Part shown: positions 35,846-50,055 of the stretch, in pieces
Position numbering within the stretch: the first letter of the stretch is position 1
Layout: each line of letters starts with the position of its first letter
Assembly (NCBI RefSeq): GCF_018977255.1
Contig: NW_024704742.1
Span: 22,384,001 to 22,448,000 of the forward strand
Source of the DNA: Callorhinchus milii
Taxonomy: Eukaryota
Direction of reading: 5' to 3'
DNA: 64,000 bases
Translations under genes and position numbers: made by a program
The notes under the pieces: generated by a model
Databases searched by the model: none
What the model was told of the DNA's origin: nothing
Seen by the model: only the letters and a program-made list of their open reading frames with translations

Positions 35846-36422
35846 TCTACAAGATATTCTGGCTGAAAGTAGAACCAAAATAGGAACCACAATAGTTGGA
35901 GGATGTATTGCGGAGGAGCAGTTTGGGTGAGGTCATCTTTGCACTGTAGACTGATGATGGGAAGTACAATAGATACTATTTTAGGCATCAACGTTTTAGG
36001 AACAGGATGAGCTAAAATGACCTGTATAAGGAACAATGTTTAAGGTGCTTAAATTTGGCAAGGGAGGCAAATACAAAATTGATGGAGCTGGTACAGAATA
36101 ATTTCCTGGGAGGGACTGCAATGGCAAAAGCTTTGCTTCTGGTTGTGAAAATAACAATAACTCTGAACTTTTATACAAATGCTTCATTTCAGGCTTCAAC
36201 GGGGCACGTTTACAAAGGTGCTTAATGCTCAGTCTGCCAATTACTGTGGTAGATATATTTTGCCCAAAACAGGTAGGCTCAGAATTTACAATAGCAATTT
36301 TCAACATTGCTGTATCCAGCATTTACAGGAGGTAAACGATTGATTGATTCCATTCTATTAATGTGCAATTGGTTATATGACCATCAAGGATACAAAATCC
36401 AGGAATTCATGATGCTTTTTGT

Positions 36423-36736
36423 GGAGTCCTGGAGCTCAGTGGTTAGAGCACTTGCCTCGCAAGCGAGAGACCTGGGTTCAATTCCTGGCAGGACGAAACC
36501 TTGGGCAAATTTCCTTACTCTACACACCTGATAATAATCCCTCAAAAAAAATAATAAATTGGTCACTTCAATCTACGATTGTTTGTGGGACACTGCTGTG
36601 CGCAATTGGCTGCTGCATTTCACCTACAAATATACAGTCAATTCACTTTACATTCTATTCTGTGAAGCACTTTGAGACGTCTATAAAACATGAAAAACTC
36701 TATATCAAATGCAAGGATTATTATTATTATTATTAT
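36423..36736 (+). mobile_element. Full-length tRNA-derived SINE
   Basis: Same family as 17466. Confidence 0.95.
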
Positions 36737-36931
36737 CTGTTTAAGATGGAAATCGCTACATACTTAGCTAGTAAATGTATCAGAAAGTGTGGAGAAAAGA
36801 CAACTAAAGAATATTGAGTTGCAGATCAGTTATGTTCTAAGAAAATTGCGTAAAGGCTCAACAGGCTGAATGGCTACTCCTGTTGTTACATTCCTATCCT
36901 GGTTATGTTGGAAAGGAAAGATGGTCTGGAG

Positions 36932-37147
36932 CAGTGGTTGCTAACCTGTAGCCTCCAGGCTAGACGTGACTCGTGGGCCATCAAGAAGCTCCCCCACCAA
37001 AAAACATTCGCACAAATCTACGTAAATATGTGTTCGATCAGAATATGTTTTCAGTTTTTTCTTGATTGAATGTTTCTTGATTTATGGCGTAAACCAAGAA
37101 ATATTCAATCAATAAAATTTATTTTATCGGCCCACCATAAAGGTTGG
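36932..37147 (+). mobile_element. Non-autonomous hAT-like DNA transposon
   Basis: Begins cagtggttgctaacctg after gtctggag; internal sequence matches the reverse copy at 42030-42254. Confidence 0.7.
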
Positions 37148-39609
37148 TCTGGAGGGATAGGCATAAGGTGATTTGGGTAATGTTTTGCAGCCATAGTTTA
37201 TGACAGTGACCCCGAACTTATCACTATAACAATGACCTTTCACTTAGTAAAGCCCCAATAGGGGATAGATTTGGATGCCGGATGCTCCTCTCAGGTTGAC
37301 TCACATGGTTTTGAAAAAAAGTAGATGGAGTTATTTCAGACTCAAATCACATTTGTCTCCTAGGGATATCAGTCTCCTAGGCTCAGCACAAATATCAATA
37401 ATATAGATTCATTTAAATAAATAATAATCCTTGACAGCACCTACATTATCGAATTGTTTCAAAGTGTCTCACAGGGTAATGAATTACATGTTTGTAATAC
37501 TACTGTAACCTACTTAATGATGGACCTCTGAACTGGCCCTTAGTGAGGAGAATAGGTAATAGGATCCATATTCTGCACTCTTGGTTTGAATTAGAGAATT
37601 TGGACTATAAACAGATCAACAAATGAGATTCATCCCTATGTATATCCCATCATTTAACAAAGCATCAAAGCACTGCTTCAACAATTCATTATGCTCTGAG
37701 GCACATCCTGAGCTTTGGTTTCTAAAATTTCACACACACCATATCAGACAGTTACTTAACCTGGCACTTTCTGAGATCAATTGATAAGGTTCCTGATCAC
37801 TATCATGAACCTCTGAGGAATTGACATTCATTCGCATGCTATGGCATTTTCTTATCATGACTGCCTCCTCCTTAACATGTAAACAAGTTATCCCTAAGTT
37901 GGAGCACTTTGTCGGTACCTGGTATGCCTGCAGTGAGATTTTTTTTGCTTCTTTTACTTACCCTACCCTAAGGTTTATTGCATCTCACAGCTGGATTAAT
38001 GCTTCCAGATGCAAATACTGGCAAATGTTGGGAGTATTTTCCACTCCTATAACTCTCCTATGTTCATAACCCTGAAAGAGCTTGTGTTAACAACAATAAA
38101 TTGCATTTCTACAACCCTTTCACTTGGGATAATATCATGGAATGCTTAACAGCATCGATATTGCCCCTCAGCACATACAATCTGGAAAAATTCTTAACTT
38201 AGGAACGACTCTAGGGCCTACAGTTTACAATACAAGAAATATTTTCTTCAAAATTAACAAAAATGTTAGCCTTCCCTTCCGGCTCTCTGACCCTTTGTAG
38301 TTGATATGCCAACTACAGTTGTAAAGCCACGAGTAACATAGTTATATTGTAGATATATTTATATATTTACATTACTTTTCTCCTGACCAAGAAGTTCTTG
38401 ATGGGACAAGCAAAAAAAAATCCCATTCCCTTCAAACCCCCACCACCACAAATCCCCCACCCCAACCCCCTCACTGCTATAAGCACAAGACTCATTCTTG
38501 AAATAGAAAGCAAAACAATTGGGATACAAAATATTTTTTTTTCTCTTAACACTGTATTGTAAGCCTTTTGGAACATTTAATTTAGCTAAAATATTCATTT
38601 GGATTTTAAAAAAAAATCACAGAATATTTAAAGAATATTTGGTCATCAAAGTCTTAAGGAACTCCAGTGAAGTATGTCACATGATGTTTTACACCAGTTC
38701 AGGTCAGAAAGTGCCTTTCAGCTGGGTTGTTTCGAGGTTGATAGCTGAAGGCTGCAAGCTGCTGACATTAAACAGATTTTAGGTTATCAATGACTTTAAA
38801 AGTGAAAAAGACTGTGTCTGTCTTAGGTTCTATTTTACACCCAGCAGAATGATCAGAAGCAATGTAAGTTGCCTTGTGATAGGCTTTGTCTTTTGCATGA
38901 AGCATTATATACCCAGTTGGACTACAAATCAAAGAGGATCTCTTTGGCAACTTAAGAATTCTTTTTTATAATCTAAACCCGATTGTAGTTTCATGGTAAT
39001 TTCATGCCATCAATCATCTCCTTACCTCCAGTCTCAAGGTCCAACGGTTTCCCAGTAGATCTCATTCATGCCATCTCATTATAATTCTCGAGGTAAGAAA
39101 AAGAGCTAGAAAAACTAAAATAAAATGAATACAAGATGCAAATTTTCTTTGCCGAAAAGTCAAGTCCACTGAAGAAAAAGGCCACTGAATGTTTTTGATC
39201 TTTCTAACAGAAATGCATCTGTAGAGGAAAAACTTGTAACAACCAGACAGATAAGATAGTTAGCAGAAAGCAGTGTAAAGCTGCAATTTAAAAATAAATA
39301 TACAGCAACATTAACTAAATTTTAAATCAGAAAAAATCACCTTTTGTTTTTTTAAATTTAAATTTATATAGTTTAAAGCAATATAATAATCCTCAATTTG
39401 CTTCATCAGAAAAGTAAATTATTAAGTTAATATACTATCTATTATTGAGAAAACATTTTTTAAACGGGGCAAAAAGATTAAAAAACAAAAAACATTCATA
39501 TTAATGGCAAACTGGGGTTCAGCATTCAGCCATTTCAACTTGAGGAGGAGTTGGTTCTTAAGTAGTACAGACTGCTGTGCTGACTGTTCTTCCTCCTGCC
39601 AGGTAGTCT

Positions 39610-39842
39610 TCATACAATCATAAAATATTATAGCACAGCCGAGGTCATTCGGCCCATCGTTCCTGTGCTGGCTCTTTGGAAGAGCTACCCAATCAGTCAT
39701 ACTTCTCCCCTCCTTGCCCATAATCTTGCACATTTTTCCTCTTCAAGTACCTATCCAATTCCCTTTTGAAAGTTGTTATTGAATCTGTTTCCACCACCCT
39801 TTCAGGCAGTGCATTCCAGACCGCAACAATTCTCTGTGTTAA
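39610..39842 (-). mobile_element. CR1 LINE 3' end
   Basis: tcattcggcccatcg...gctctttggaagagcta...ccaccaccctttcaggcagtgcattccag (reverse WNALPE). Confidence 0.85.
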
Positions 39843-40469
39843 AGAACAAATACAAAAATATGTAAATATAAAAAAAATCTTCTAAGTCAAATTAATATGG
39901 AAGAGCTTTAACTGGATTAACATGTACATGTACCTGTTTTCTCAAATAACATTGTTTTTATCTCTGTTAATTCAGAACAGTTGAATGAGTCCCTTCAGTC
40001 CCCAAATGATTTATCTGAATTACCAAAACCAAATCAACAAACCATCCCTTCGGGACGAAATTTGTGGTGTTTATCCCTGATTAATCCTCAGCTTCAATTC
40101 AGAAATCTTGTGATACCATCTTGACATTTCCAGGTACGGGATCAGTTTCGTCTATTCTATACCAATGCTGACCTTCAGTATCAAGGCAGTGAGAGGGTTT
40201 GCTTCTCCCCTCTATTCCCATTCCCCACCATCATGGTCTCGGCACAGTTCAAAGGAATTGTTGTTGTAAAATGCTGCCCCAATATGAAAAACATTTTCTT
40301 CTACTGAAGAACACATTCACTGCCAATTAGAATTTGAGTGCAATAGAAGAGAATACCAACTGAATTAACTTAGTTTATTTTACTCCTATACTCAAATACT
40401 GCCTCGTAGCTTGGCACCTGATAATTTAAACATGTTGTGATGATATTCCTGAGTTGGCTTGAGGAGGAT

Positions 40470-40755
40470 GTCTCAAAGCGCTTCACAGGATATACTGTAT
40501 AGTGGCTGTGCATATTGTAGGCGAACGCTATAGCCAATTTCGCCAAGCAATGTCTCACAAACAACCATGAAGTGAATGCCCAATTTATTTGGGGGGGATT
40601 GTTGGTGAGGGCACTGGGAGAAACGCCATCCTCTTTTCAAGTAGTGCCACAGGATCTTTAACGTCCATCTTAACAGGCAACGGGACCTCAGTTTAACATT
40701 TAATCTGACGTCCACCACATCCAACAATGTAGCACATCCCCAGCATTGCATTGAA
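40470..40755 (-). mobile_element. Deu-domain SINE with L2-like tail
   Basis: tagtgccacaggatctttaacgtccatcttaacaggcaacgggacctcagtttaac. Confidence 0.8.
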
Positions 40756-42029
40756 TGAATATTATGTTGAAGCACCGGCTGCATCTAGTATCACTCACTC
40801 TGTTCCTAACTGTGTTGTCAGGTATCTCATCTCAGAGAGGAAAACAGAATTAAAGGGAACATCATAACTAACCACTCTTGAATTTTTTCTAGTGATCAGT
40901 TTTGCAACAACAACTTGCACTTATATAGCATCCTTCATGCGAGATAGCATCCTGGAGTGCTTCAACAATTGGTTTTAGAGAGCCTTTTGCACATTGCTCG
41001 TCCATCCTATTGGTCAGCCAGGCTTCATGGGAGGACACTGGATGAGGAAAGGAACTAAAACTGTAAAAAGTTACATAATTTGCCCTATTACTCTTTCTTT
41101 CCCCCCTCCCCCAGAAGTTGCATACAGAGAAGGAATTATAGTCCTAGTTTGCTTGACAACAATCAGAATGTTAAATTATCTTAACTTAATTTCATTTTTT
41201 TTAAAAAAATGATATTTCAAAGGAAAATGCCAATCCTGTAACGGTTTTCCTTGGCTAAATGTGACATTTTTCAGGAATTGTTTTTAATATCATTAGTAAA
41301 CTCTGTCAGTGGCTCAACTTTCAGTTTCAGTTCCTGAATGAGCTGTGTATTTCTGTAGAGGGAATCAACTTTGTGGTTAAACACAAGGCTCATCAGGTAA
41401 AAACTGACACTTTCACTTACATCTGGTACTATGCGGTTAGTCAATGCCTCAGTGTGAACCCCTCTACATGGCTGCAGTTAACTGGATAAATTGTGCTTCT
41501 ATCATAGCAGATAAACTGATATTCAAAGGATGTGACACTTGAGTGATTTGTTTATTATTCATGCTGTGCACTCTACATATTCAGGATTCAAAGCTTCTAA
41601 ACATTGTAGTAGTGTATTAAGAAGGGCCCCATTACTTGGACATTTGCTATTCCGCAGCCTATTTGCTAGATTAGTCCAATACAACAGTGTTGTTAATTTT
41701 CTTTATGTTTATCAATTGGCCACACAAAGTCCAAAATTACCAGTGGGTTTTGCCATTCAGACAACTTTGTCTTAAAATTTCAGATCGTGCCGAATTCTGG
41801 ACAATTTGTAAAAAATCTGGTTTAATTTGGAAGATGGTTTTCTTAAAAAGAATCAGATTCCACTGGACTGTGGAGGGTGTCACAGGCAAGCCAGACCTCT
41901 TCCTACCTGGCATCTCCCTACCTGGCTGCCACAGGTGTGTTTGACCAGTAGAGGGTGCTGTAGAGGGACCAGGAAATTGGTTGTGCCCGCAGAATCTTGC
42001 AGGCAATGAGCTATCCCACAGTAGGTTAG

Positions 42030-42254
42030 GGGGTTCTCCTCAACCTTTATAATCGGCCAACAAAATACATTTTCTTGATTCAATATTTCTTGGTTTATGC
42101 CAAAAATCAAGAAGTAGTCAATCAAGAAATAAATGAAAACACACCAGCGATTGGACATGGACTTACCATGACTGGTGCATATGTTTGGGGCGTCCACTTC
42201 TTGATGGCCACACCGGCTACTTATGGCCCACGGGCCACAGGTTGGCCACCACTG
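42030..42254 (-). mobile_element. Non-autonomous hAT-like DNA transposon (same family as 36932)
   Basis: Ends ggcccacgggccacaggttggccaccactg followed by ctctag; internal ttcttgatt...tatttcttggtttatgcca is shared with the other copy. Confidence 0.75.
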
Positions 42255-43114
42255 CTCTAGCACTAAATCCAACACCCACTGAGTAAATCTGGGTTTCCTT
42301 ATTGCTTCATTTGTTCAATAGTCCATTTTCCAATCAGCTCATTTTACACTGTGTAGAGTAGTGGGTACCTGAAATGGTCAAGGCTGCCTTGGATGCTCTA
42401 ATGTGATTATTACTGATCTCTGATGATTGTCATCTTGGTGCAGAGACTAATATAAAACTCAATGGAACTAAAATTGGGACTTTCGTGGCTTCGTAGTAAC
42501 TGGTGCAAGCATACATTAAAACAGCCTCACATCTGACAGCCCCAAAATAAAGCCTATATACATATTTAAGCCTATCTTTTGTTTCATCAAAAGTAAGCTA
42601 TGTTGATCATAGAACTTTAGTGGAAGTATTTCTCATGCATGTAGTTCTTTTAAACCCGTTTGAATGATCACATCATGGAGAACATGATGTTTCTTAGATG
42701 GTGATAATATGTTGATATGTGGCTCCAGTTTTCCTATGTTAATCTATTTAGCAGTATTCTTAACCGTCATTTACTTGGTCTGGATTCACTGGTTTTAAAT
42801 TGAGTTTGTGTTAATCACTCAGATTGTTAATCTTTTATCTCTTGTTCTCATCATAATTTACTTCACTAATCTATAGACCATTACATAAGATTAATGATGC
42901 ATCACAACTAATGATAGGATATATGAATAATCATAAGATTACACCTAATTCCCTCACAATCGCCACTGAAGTGAGTCTGTTTTGCCTCTAGCAATTGACA
43001 TGATATGCTTCAATGGATCTTCTTCACAGTGCCTATATTTGCTTGCGTCTGGACATCTGACAATTTGATTTGCATCTGTATTGACTGTGGTTCTGGGCCA
43101 CATGAAATCTTTCC

Positions 43115-43336
43115 TTAATATTTACTATCCCTCTAAAACAATCAAAATAATAACAAGTTTGGTCCTCAATTCACGACTGTTTATGGGACACTGCTGAACG
43201 CAATTGGCTGCCGCGTTTTGCCCACAAAATATAGAGTCAATTCACTCTACAATATATTCTTTGAAGTGCTTTGAGATGTCTCAGTGATGTAATGAAGCAC
43301 TACATCAAATACAAGGATTATTATTATTATTATTAT
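43115..43336 (+). mobile_element. 5'-truncated tRNA-derived SINE
   Basis: cacgactgtttatgggacactgctg...caattggctgccgcg...(tta)n. Confidence 0.85.
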
Positions 43337-44129
43337 CCACCTGCCATAAAGATTAAAAAGAAATTGTCTGCTAGCAAATAACCTGGTCAATTTGCAAAGC
43401 ATCTTTTTGTACAGGAACCCTAGAATTTTTCTTGAAGCTTAGCAAACCTGGGAACTTATTCTGCTTCGTCGGGATATAAAAAATATCCAAAGCACATGAT
43501 ACTTTGGTAGATAAATGCATTCTGTGATGTGAAACTAGGCCTTACAGTTCAGGAAAGTCACAGGTTTAATCCCAATTCTTCTATAATGAGTTCAAGCCAA
43601 GATGGCAGGGAATAGGGAGACACTCAGTTGGCCTTAGTTTCTTCAGGCGAGGAAGGGGAGAAATTGATAATGACAATTTCACATAATCACTCTACAATGA
43701 CCTACTGATCAAGTTTGACTTAGGATGAGATTGTGTAAGGTTATGATGCCTGTGGATTTGTATCATGAGTCACTTCAGTATGGAGGTGGGAGGGTGGGGG
43801 GGGTCCACATTTGAGTAAATTATTTCTGATTTCTAAGATTTGCGATTCACGTAAAATTCAATGTCAATAGATGAATAGTTAGCAACAGGAATGACTCCTA
43901 AACAGCACGGTGAGAGACATGACTGATTATAATGTATGTAATTGGATTGCTACCTGGAACAATACCACATCTAATGGCAACTCCATCAATTGAAGTCTAA
44001 CACCCTCCTGTGCTCACACTCTGCTACTTTGTGTATGTTTAAATACCTGTGTATTTTTTCTTGCTGAAGAATAACCTAATCGTAGTTATGAAACATATCA
44101 CCTCAGATCATCCTCTCTGTGTGGTTGTA

Positions 44130-44505
44130 GAAGTGGTCCTCACCCTTGTTTTCAAATCCCTCCACTCCTCTGCACCCTCCTACCTCTCTAACCTCCTCTC
44201 TCCTCACAACAGTGCCCGTTGCCTTCGCTCCACTGGGTCTGGCCTCCTCCTTGTCCTTCCACCATCGGCAGCCGTGCCTTCAGCCACTACGCCCCAAGGC
44301 TCTGAAACTCCCTTCCTCACTCCCTTCACCTCGCTCCCTCTCTTCCTATTTTCAGGTCTCAGCTGAAGACCTTTCTTTTCGACCACACCTTTGGTCACCT
44401 TCCTCCCCCTCCACTTGGCTCGGCCCCGGGATCCGTTGCTGTGAAGCGCTCTGAGACACCGTCTGGCGTGGAGGGCGCTATATAAATCCAAGTTGTTTTT
44501 GTTGT
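44130..44505 (+). mobile_element. L2 LINE 3' end
   Basis: LTLVFKSLHSSAPSYLSNLL...RCLRS motif; tail tgaagcgctctgagacac...gggcgctatataaatccaagttg. Confidence 0.85.
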
Positions 44506-45634
44506 TGGTGGTGTTAATAGAACCTGAATGAGTTTACCATCTGGTCTCCTAAACAACTCTGAATAGGGAGGGTCAAGAAAAAGTGAATGGGGCAAAAAAT
44601 CAACTTAAAATACAGTATGGCATAAAAGGTATTGAACAGATGACGCTAAAAAAATATTAACATTTACAATGCTTGTGTTCAGTTATGGTTAATCAGGCAG
44701 ATAGTCTAGATTTGATACATTGAATAATACACTGCACAGCAATGATATAAAAGCCTCCACTCTCTGCTTTACCTTCAATACCCGCCCATCTAATCCTGGA
44801 TGCCTGTTGGAGTGCCTACTGCTATTTGGGGCTCTCTTTCAAAGAAGCACACAATTCCAACATAAGCACACTTTGGTAGTAGAATTGGCTGAAGTTGCCT
44901 CTCTTTTGTTATTCTCTTTGTGTCCAACTTTTCTGCGGCACATCTACAAGTTTGATTTCGTCGCCCATGTAGTGATTTTGCTCCACCTTAGCTGAATGAA
45001 CGCCAACATGATTAGTATGCAGAACTGTCTTATACACCTCCGTGCACCCAGGGCCACTTTCATACTCAAGGGTCCAATGTTATCTGCCCTGGCATTATAG
45101 CATTCTGCAGTGTTCGTATTCTACAAAGTGAGAGTCAGAGCGTACTTTTTAATTATCCCCAGCATACCTGCAACAACAAAGGTTTTTTAGGTAAAGGTGT
45201 CTGCTTCATTGCATCTTGATGGGCAGTGCTAACATATGACTTCAAGCATCAAGTTTTGCTGCAGGAGGCCTCAGGTAAGATAGAAATGGCCATAGGCTAG
45301 TTGAATCATAAGGGACGAAAGAAACTCATTAACTGAAAAATTGTTCATCATTTTTTAAAAATATCTTGCAAACTTGCAACTAGAAAGAAACTAACCAAAA
45401 ATACTCTTATCTAAAATATATTTTATTTGGTGGGGGGCGGAGGCAGATTATTTTAAATACTGTGATTATTTCTACTTGAAATTTGTACTTGTACAAAAAT
45501 ATTCTTGTAATTATTATCTTATAATGCATTATAAAATAATATTCTTATGTACAATGTTCAGTGCATATAATCTGCAGGTTTGTGAAATGTGTATCAACAA
45601 ATTGCAAGGCAGGTAATACAGTTAGTGATAATAT

Positions 45635-46712
45635 AACAACAACAAAATTATATTTATAGAGTGCCTTTAACGTCGGGAGGACATCCCAAGGCGCTGGACA
45701 GTCAGGTGTCAGGGCCTGAGCATGGGGGAGGGGTGGGGTAGGGGTGAGGGAAGGCAGAGAGATGGGAAGGCGACTGAAGGCACGATCGAGGAGGAGGGTC
45801 TTGAGACGGGCCTTGAAGGAGGCAAGGGAGGAAGCGAGGTGAAGGGACTGTGGAATGGAGTTCCAGAGTGTGGGGGCAGAGGGGCTGAAAGCCCGACTAC
45901 TGATGGTAGGGCGGGACAGGCGGGAGACATGGAGCAGACCGGAGCCTGATGAACTGAGGGAATGGGCAGGTTGGTAGGGAGTCAGCAGGTCAGAGAGGTA
46001 GGAGTGTGCAAGGCCATGGATGGCCTTGAAAGTGAGGCTCAGCGAGGTTGAGTGTGCAGCCGTGAATGCTGTTGCTGCAGGCGCCCGAGGTGCAGAGGTG
46101 CTGGCGCGAGCCAATCAGGAGGGCCTCGGTCTTGCTGATGTTGAGATGGAGAAAGTTGTCCCTCGTCCAAGACTTGATGTCGGACAGGCAGTCGGTCAGG
46201 ACGCCAGTAGTCCTGGAGTTGAGGATGGAGGCAGAGAGATAGAGTTGGGTGTCATCTGCATACATGTGGAAATTTACCCCATGTCTGTGGATGATGTCAC
46301 CAAGGGGGAGCATGTAGAGGGTGAAGAGGAGGGGACCGATGACAGAGCCCTGAGGAACACCACACGAAATAGTGCGGGGGCTGGAGGAGAAGCCATTTTC
46401 TGAGACGAAGTGGAGGCTGTGTGAAAGGTAGGACCTGAGCCAGTCAAAGAAAGAACCTTGAAGGTTGAGATGGGAAGAGAGGCGGTGGAGGAGGAATGGT
46501 CCACAGTATCAAAGGCAGTGGAAAGGTCGAGGAGGACGAGGAGGCAGAGGGAGCCCTGGTCACACATGGTCAGGATATTATTTGTGACCTTAACCAGAGC
46601 AGTTTCTGTGCTGTGGGCAGCATGGAAACCTAATTGGAGGGGCTCATGGAGGGAGTGGGAGGAGAAGAAAAAGCGAAGCTGGGAGGCATCGGCTCTATCA
46701 AGGACTTTGGAC
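45635..46712 (-). mobile_element. L2 LINE fragment (RT domain plus 3' end), frameshifted and internally deleted
   Basis: SKVLDRA...GFHAAHSTETALVKVTNNIL...[60 protein letters not shown]; 3' tail at about 45635. Confidence 0.95.
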
Positions 46713-47859
46713 ATTATAACTGTTTATGGGACATTGCTGTGTGCAAATTGGCTTCCCGAATCACCTACAAATTAAACAGTCAGTACTCTTTATAGACGTT
46801 CTGATTTGAAACGCTCCATATAAAATGCAGGGGGGAATTATTATTATTATTAAAAATAATATTGAATACTCTTTGGGAGGGAGAAGATCCTGAAATGTTG
46901 AATACAATAAAATGATAATATTATGATATACACACTTACTGGTGAGTTCGCCAATTATACTAAGGTTTTATTATTCCCTTGTATCTAATTATTTATTTAT
47001 TCTTCCTTTTTCATAACGTTCGTTATCAGATTTCTTCCAGGCTTCAGCTGTAAGATATGTAGAGAATGTCATCCAATTCCAAGCACTTGGCTTTTTGTAA
47101 GAGCATTTTTCCTGTTGTAATTTGAAATCCTGCTTTATTTTGAAAGCTGTTTCTGTACACAGGCATGCAGTAATTCTACTTGTACAAGAGGCTGTAAGAA
47201 AAGATATTTAAAAACTGATCGAAATCAAGTAATTAGTCCATTGATGCATTCATTTTGAAAACCATAGTAGAGGTTTGGTGATTCACAAGGTCCGATCAGT
47301 AAATTGAGTCATATATAAATACACAATTATCTCAGGCACTTAAACCGATTTAGGACAAAATTCCAAAGTGCATTTGGCCCTTTTTTATATCATAATTAAT
47401 GTAGTTCATTTTTGAATTGGGTTGTTCCATATACAAGTCAATTTCATAAATTGATCCTTCTTATAATTGATCATTTTTGCTAGTTTTAATAGCAAATATA
47501 TGTCAGGATTACAGAATGCTGTAGATTTCGACAATTAAATATCCCACTGACTTTCTAATAACAGATAGCTTTATGCTGAGGTTAATAACCCAGAGCACAG
47601 TAAAAATAAATACAACTTCGACAGATAATAAAGGCAACATTATCTGACATGATTTGTAGTATGGGATTGTCATTACTATGTGATGATGTCAAAGGAGGCT
47701 CTGGGGGAAATTATTGTTAAGTTTTCTTTAATATAATCTTCAATAATCCCTTTTTTTTTGCTGTATTGAAGTACATAAAACAAGTGGTTTCAGAATAATA
47801 ATTCATATTTATACCCAGCTAACCAGTGATATTTCAGCACATATACTCTATGACACAAA

Positions 47860-48015
47860 ACCACAACAACAACAACAGAATTACATTTGTACAGTGCCTT
47901 TCACGTCAGGAGGACGTCCCAAGGCCCCAGACAGTCAATGTTTCGGACCTGAGCTGGGGGCTGGGATTGGGCAGGGGGGGAAGCAGGGTGATCGAAAGCA
48001 TGGTGGAAGAGGAGG
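47860..48015 (-). mobile_element. L2 3' tail fragment
   Basis: acaacaacagaattacatttgtacagtgcctttcacgtcaggaggacgtcccaagg. Confidence 0.75.
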
Positions 48016-48259
48016 CAACTAAATTGGTAAGCAAATTTTATCTCTGCACAGTTCAAGGTAGTTTACTTGAGCACGTTTTTTTGCGAAAATTGAGATCAAA
48101 ACACAAAGAAAAAGATTCATATAAAATTACGACCAAGTAGTCTGGGGCTGTGGCAGTATTTTTGCATTGAATATTTTATCTCAGTTTAGATGATTTTTGA
48201 GATGCTGGCTGGTCACCTCTGGTATAATAAAAGGAGAAGTACATCGCATAACATAGCAA

Positions 48260-48660
48260 ACAGTACAATTTACACTTATGTAGCAAGCTTCGTGTTGGGG
48301 GTTGTCCCAAAGCGCTTGACAATTCTGGCTGGGCACTGGAGCTGAAGGCCAGTACTGAGGCAGGTGAAGAAGGGAAAGGGGACTGAAAGCACGGTCACGC
48401 TGTTTTGAGGTGTATGTTGAAAGAGGGGGAGCGAAGGGAGCAAGTTATCGGGACGTGTGAACGGATTTCCAGAGACCAGGTGTCAAGTGGCTGAAAATCC
48501 CACCCATTGAAGGGGCGTATAGAGTGGGGGGCATGGAGTTGTCCAGGGTTGCCAGAGCAAAGGGAATGGCCAGGTGGGTATAAATAAAGGAGATCGGAGA
48601 GGTCGGGTGGGGTGAGAACATGGAGTGAATTTAATGGCAGAACTCAATCTGCTGGGGGAT
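48260..48660 (-). mobile_element. Old L2 3' fragment
   Basis: gtcccaaagcgcttgaca...tttccagagacc...gtggctgaaa, in reverse L2 3' order. Confidence 0.55.
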
Positions 48661-49740
48661 GGGGAGACAGTGGAGCCGAACATAATGGGAGAATACTTAA
48701 TGCCTCTTGTACTCATAGTAGTCCATAATAAAAGTAATACTGTGGTATCAAAACAATATTTTAGAGTCAATTCAAGTTTTTTCTAAAAAAAAACAGAATA
48801 TTCTGCAAATGTATATATGGTGTCGTTTTTCAGAAGTGAGTTGGCAATGCTCATCAGTTATTTAGTCACTTCCCATATGAAAAGAAAAATTCCACCACAG
48901 CTCCGCATAGTTCAGCCCTCGCTTCTGTGTAGTGCTGTGATGGTAATAATTGTATCTGATTTCTGTCCCTCTTTTACTCAGAAAGAGACACTGAGGTAAA
49001 GTTTGCGATGTTACGATGTGCTAATTAACATATATATGTTAATCACATATATGTTAGTTAATTTAAGATTAAATGATATTTAAATCATGGTCTGCTGGTG
49101 GTTCCCACCTAACACCCTTCACTCCCCACTCAATAGATGTCAGTTTATGTAATAATGGGATACCAGCCTGTTAATGGGATACCAGCTTCACTCTTGACTT
49201 TTTTTTGCTTAAAAAACAGTCCACAGATGGAAAATCCATTGCCGGCTTCTCAGACACTACAACTGAAAAGGTTGTTGGAGATTCTACCTCCAGGACACCT
49301 GGGGAATACTTGGTGTGTTAAATATATTGAAGTCTCTAAGTAGTTCATGGTGTGTTAATTAATAGGTGTTAATTTACCCATTGAAAGATGGTAAAATTAA
49401 ACATTGTTGAATATTTCTATTTGCCTATTACATGACCGATTCCCGTGTTTTTAAAAGCTTGTTATTGATGAAAAAACACATCACTTTCTGATAGACTAGG
49501 GCAAGTTGCAATACTTTAGTTGTAGCATTCTGATCTTTCCACTTGGTTAGTCAATGTTTGAAGGTCTTCAGCAACCCTATTGAATTCTCTGGTGCAATCC
49601 CATTATTATACAGCTCTTTTTTAAAAAAAATTGTTGATCCTTACGGGACTACAGCCAACATAAAATTATCAAAAACACATGCGTGTAATTATTTTACATC
49701 CCCCAGAGTAAAATATTGGCTTTCAATTGCAGTTATTGCA

Positions 49741-50055
49741 GGAGACTTGTAGCTCAGTGATTAGAGCACTCGCCTCGCAAGCGAAAGACCTGGGTTCGAT
49801 TTCCGGCAGGGTGAATCCTTGGGGAAGTTTCCTTACTCCACACGCCTGATAATAATTCCTCAAAAAAAACAATAATAAATTGGTCACTTCAATCCACGAC
49901 TGTTTGTGGGACACCGCTGTGCGCAATTGGCTGCCGCGTTTCATCCATAAATATTCAGTCAATTCACTTTACTGTATATTCTGTGAAGCGCTTTGAGATG
50001 TCTAGAAGACGTGATAAGGCGCTATATCAAATGCAAGGATTATTATTATTATTAT
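49741..50055 (+). mobile_element. Full-length tRNA-derived SINE
   Basis: Same subfamily as 30729. Confidence 0.95.
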
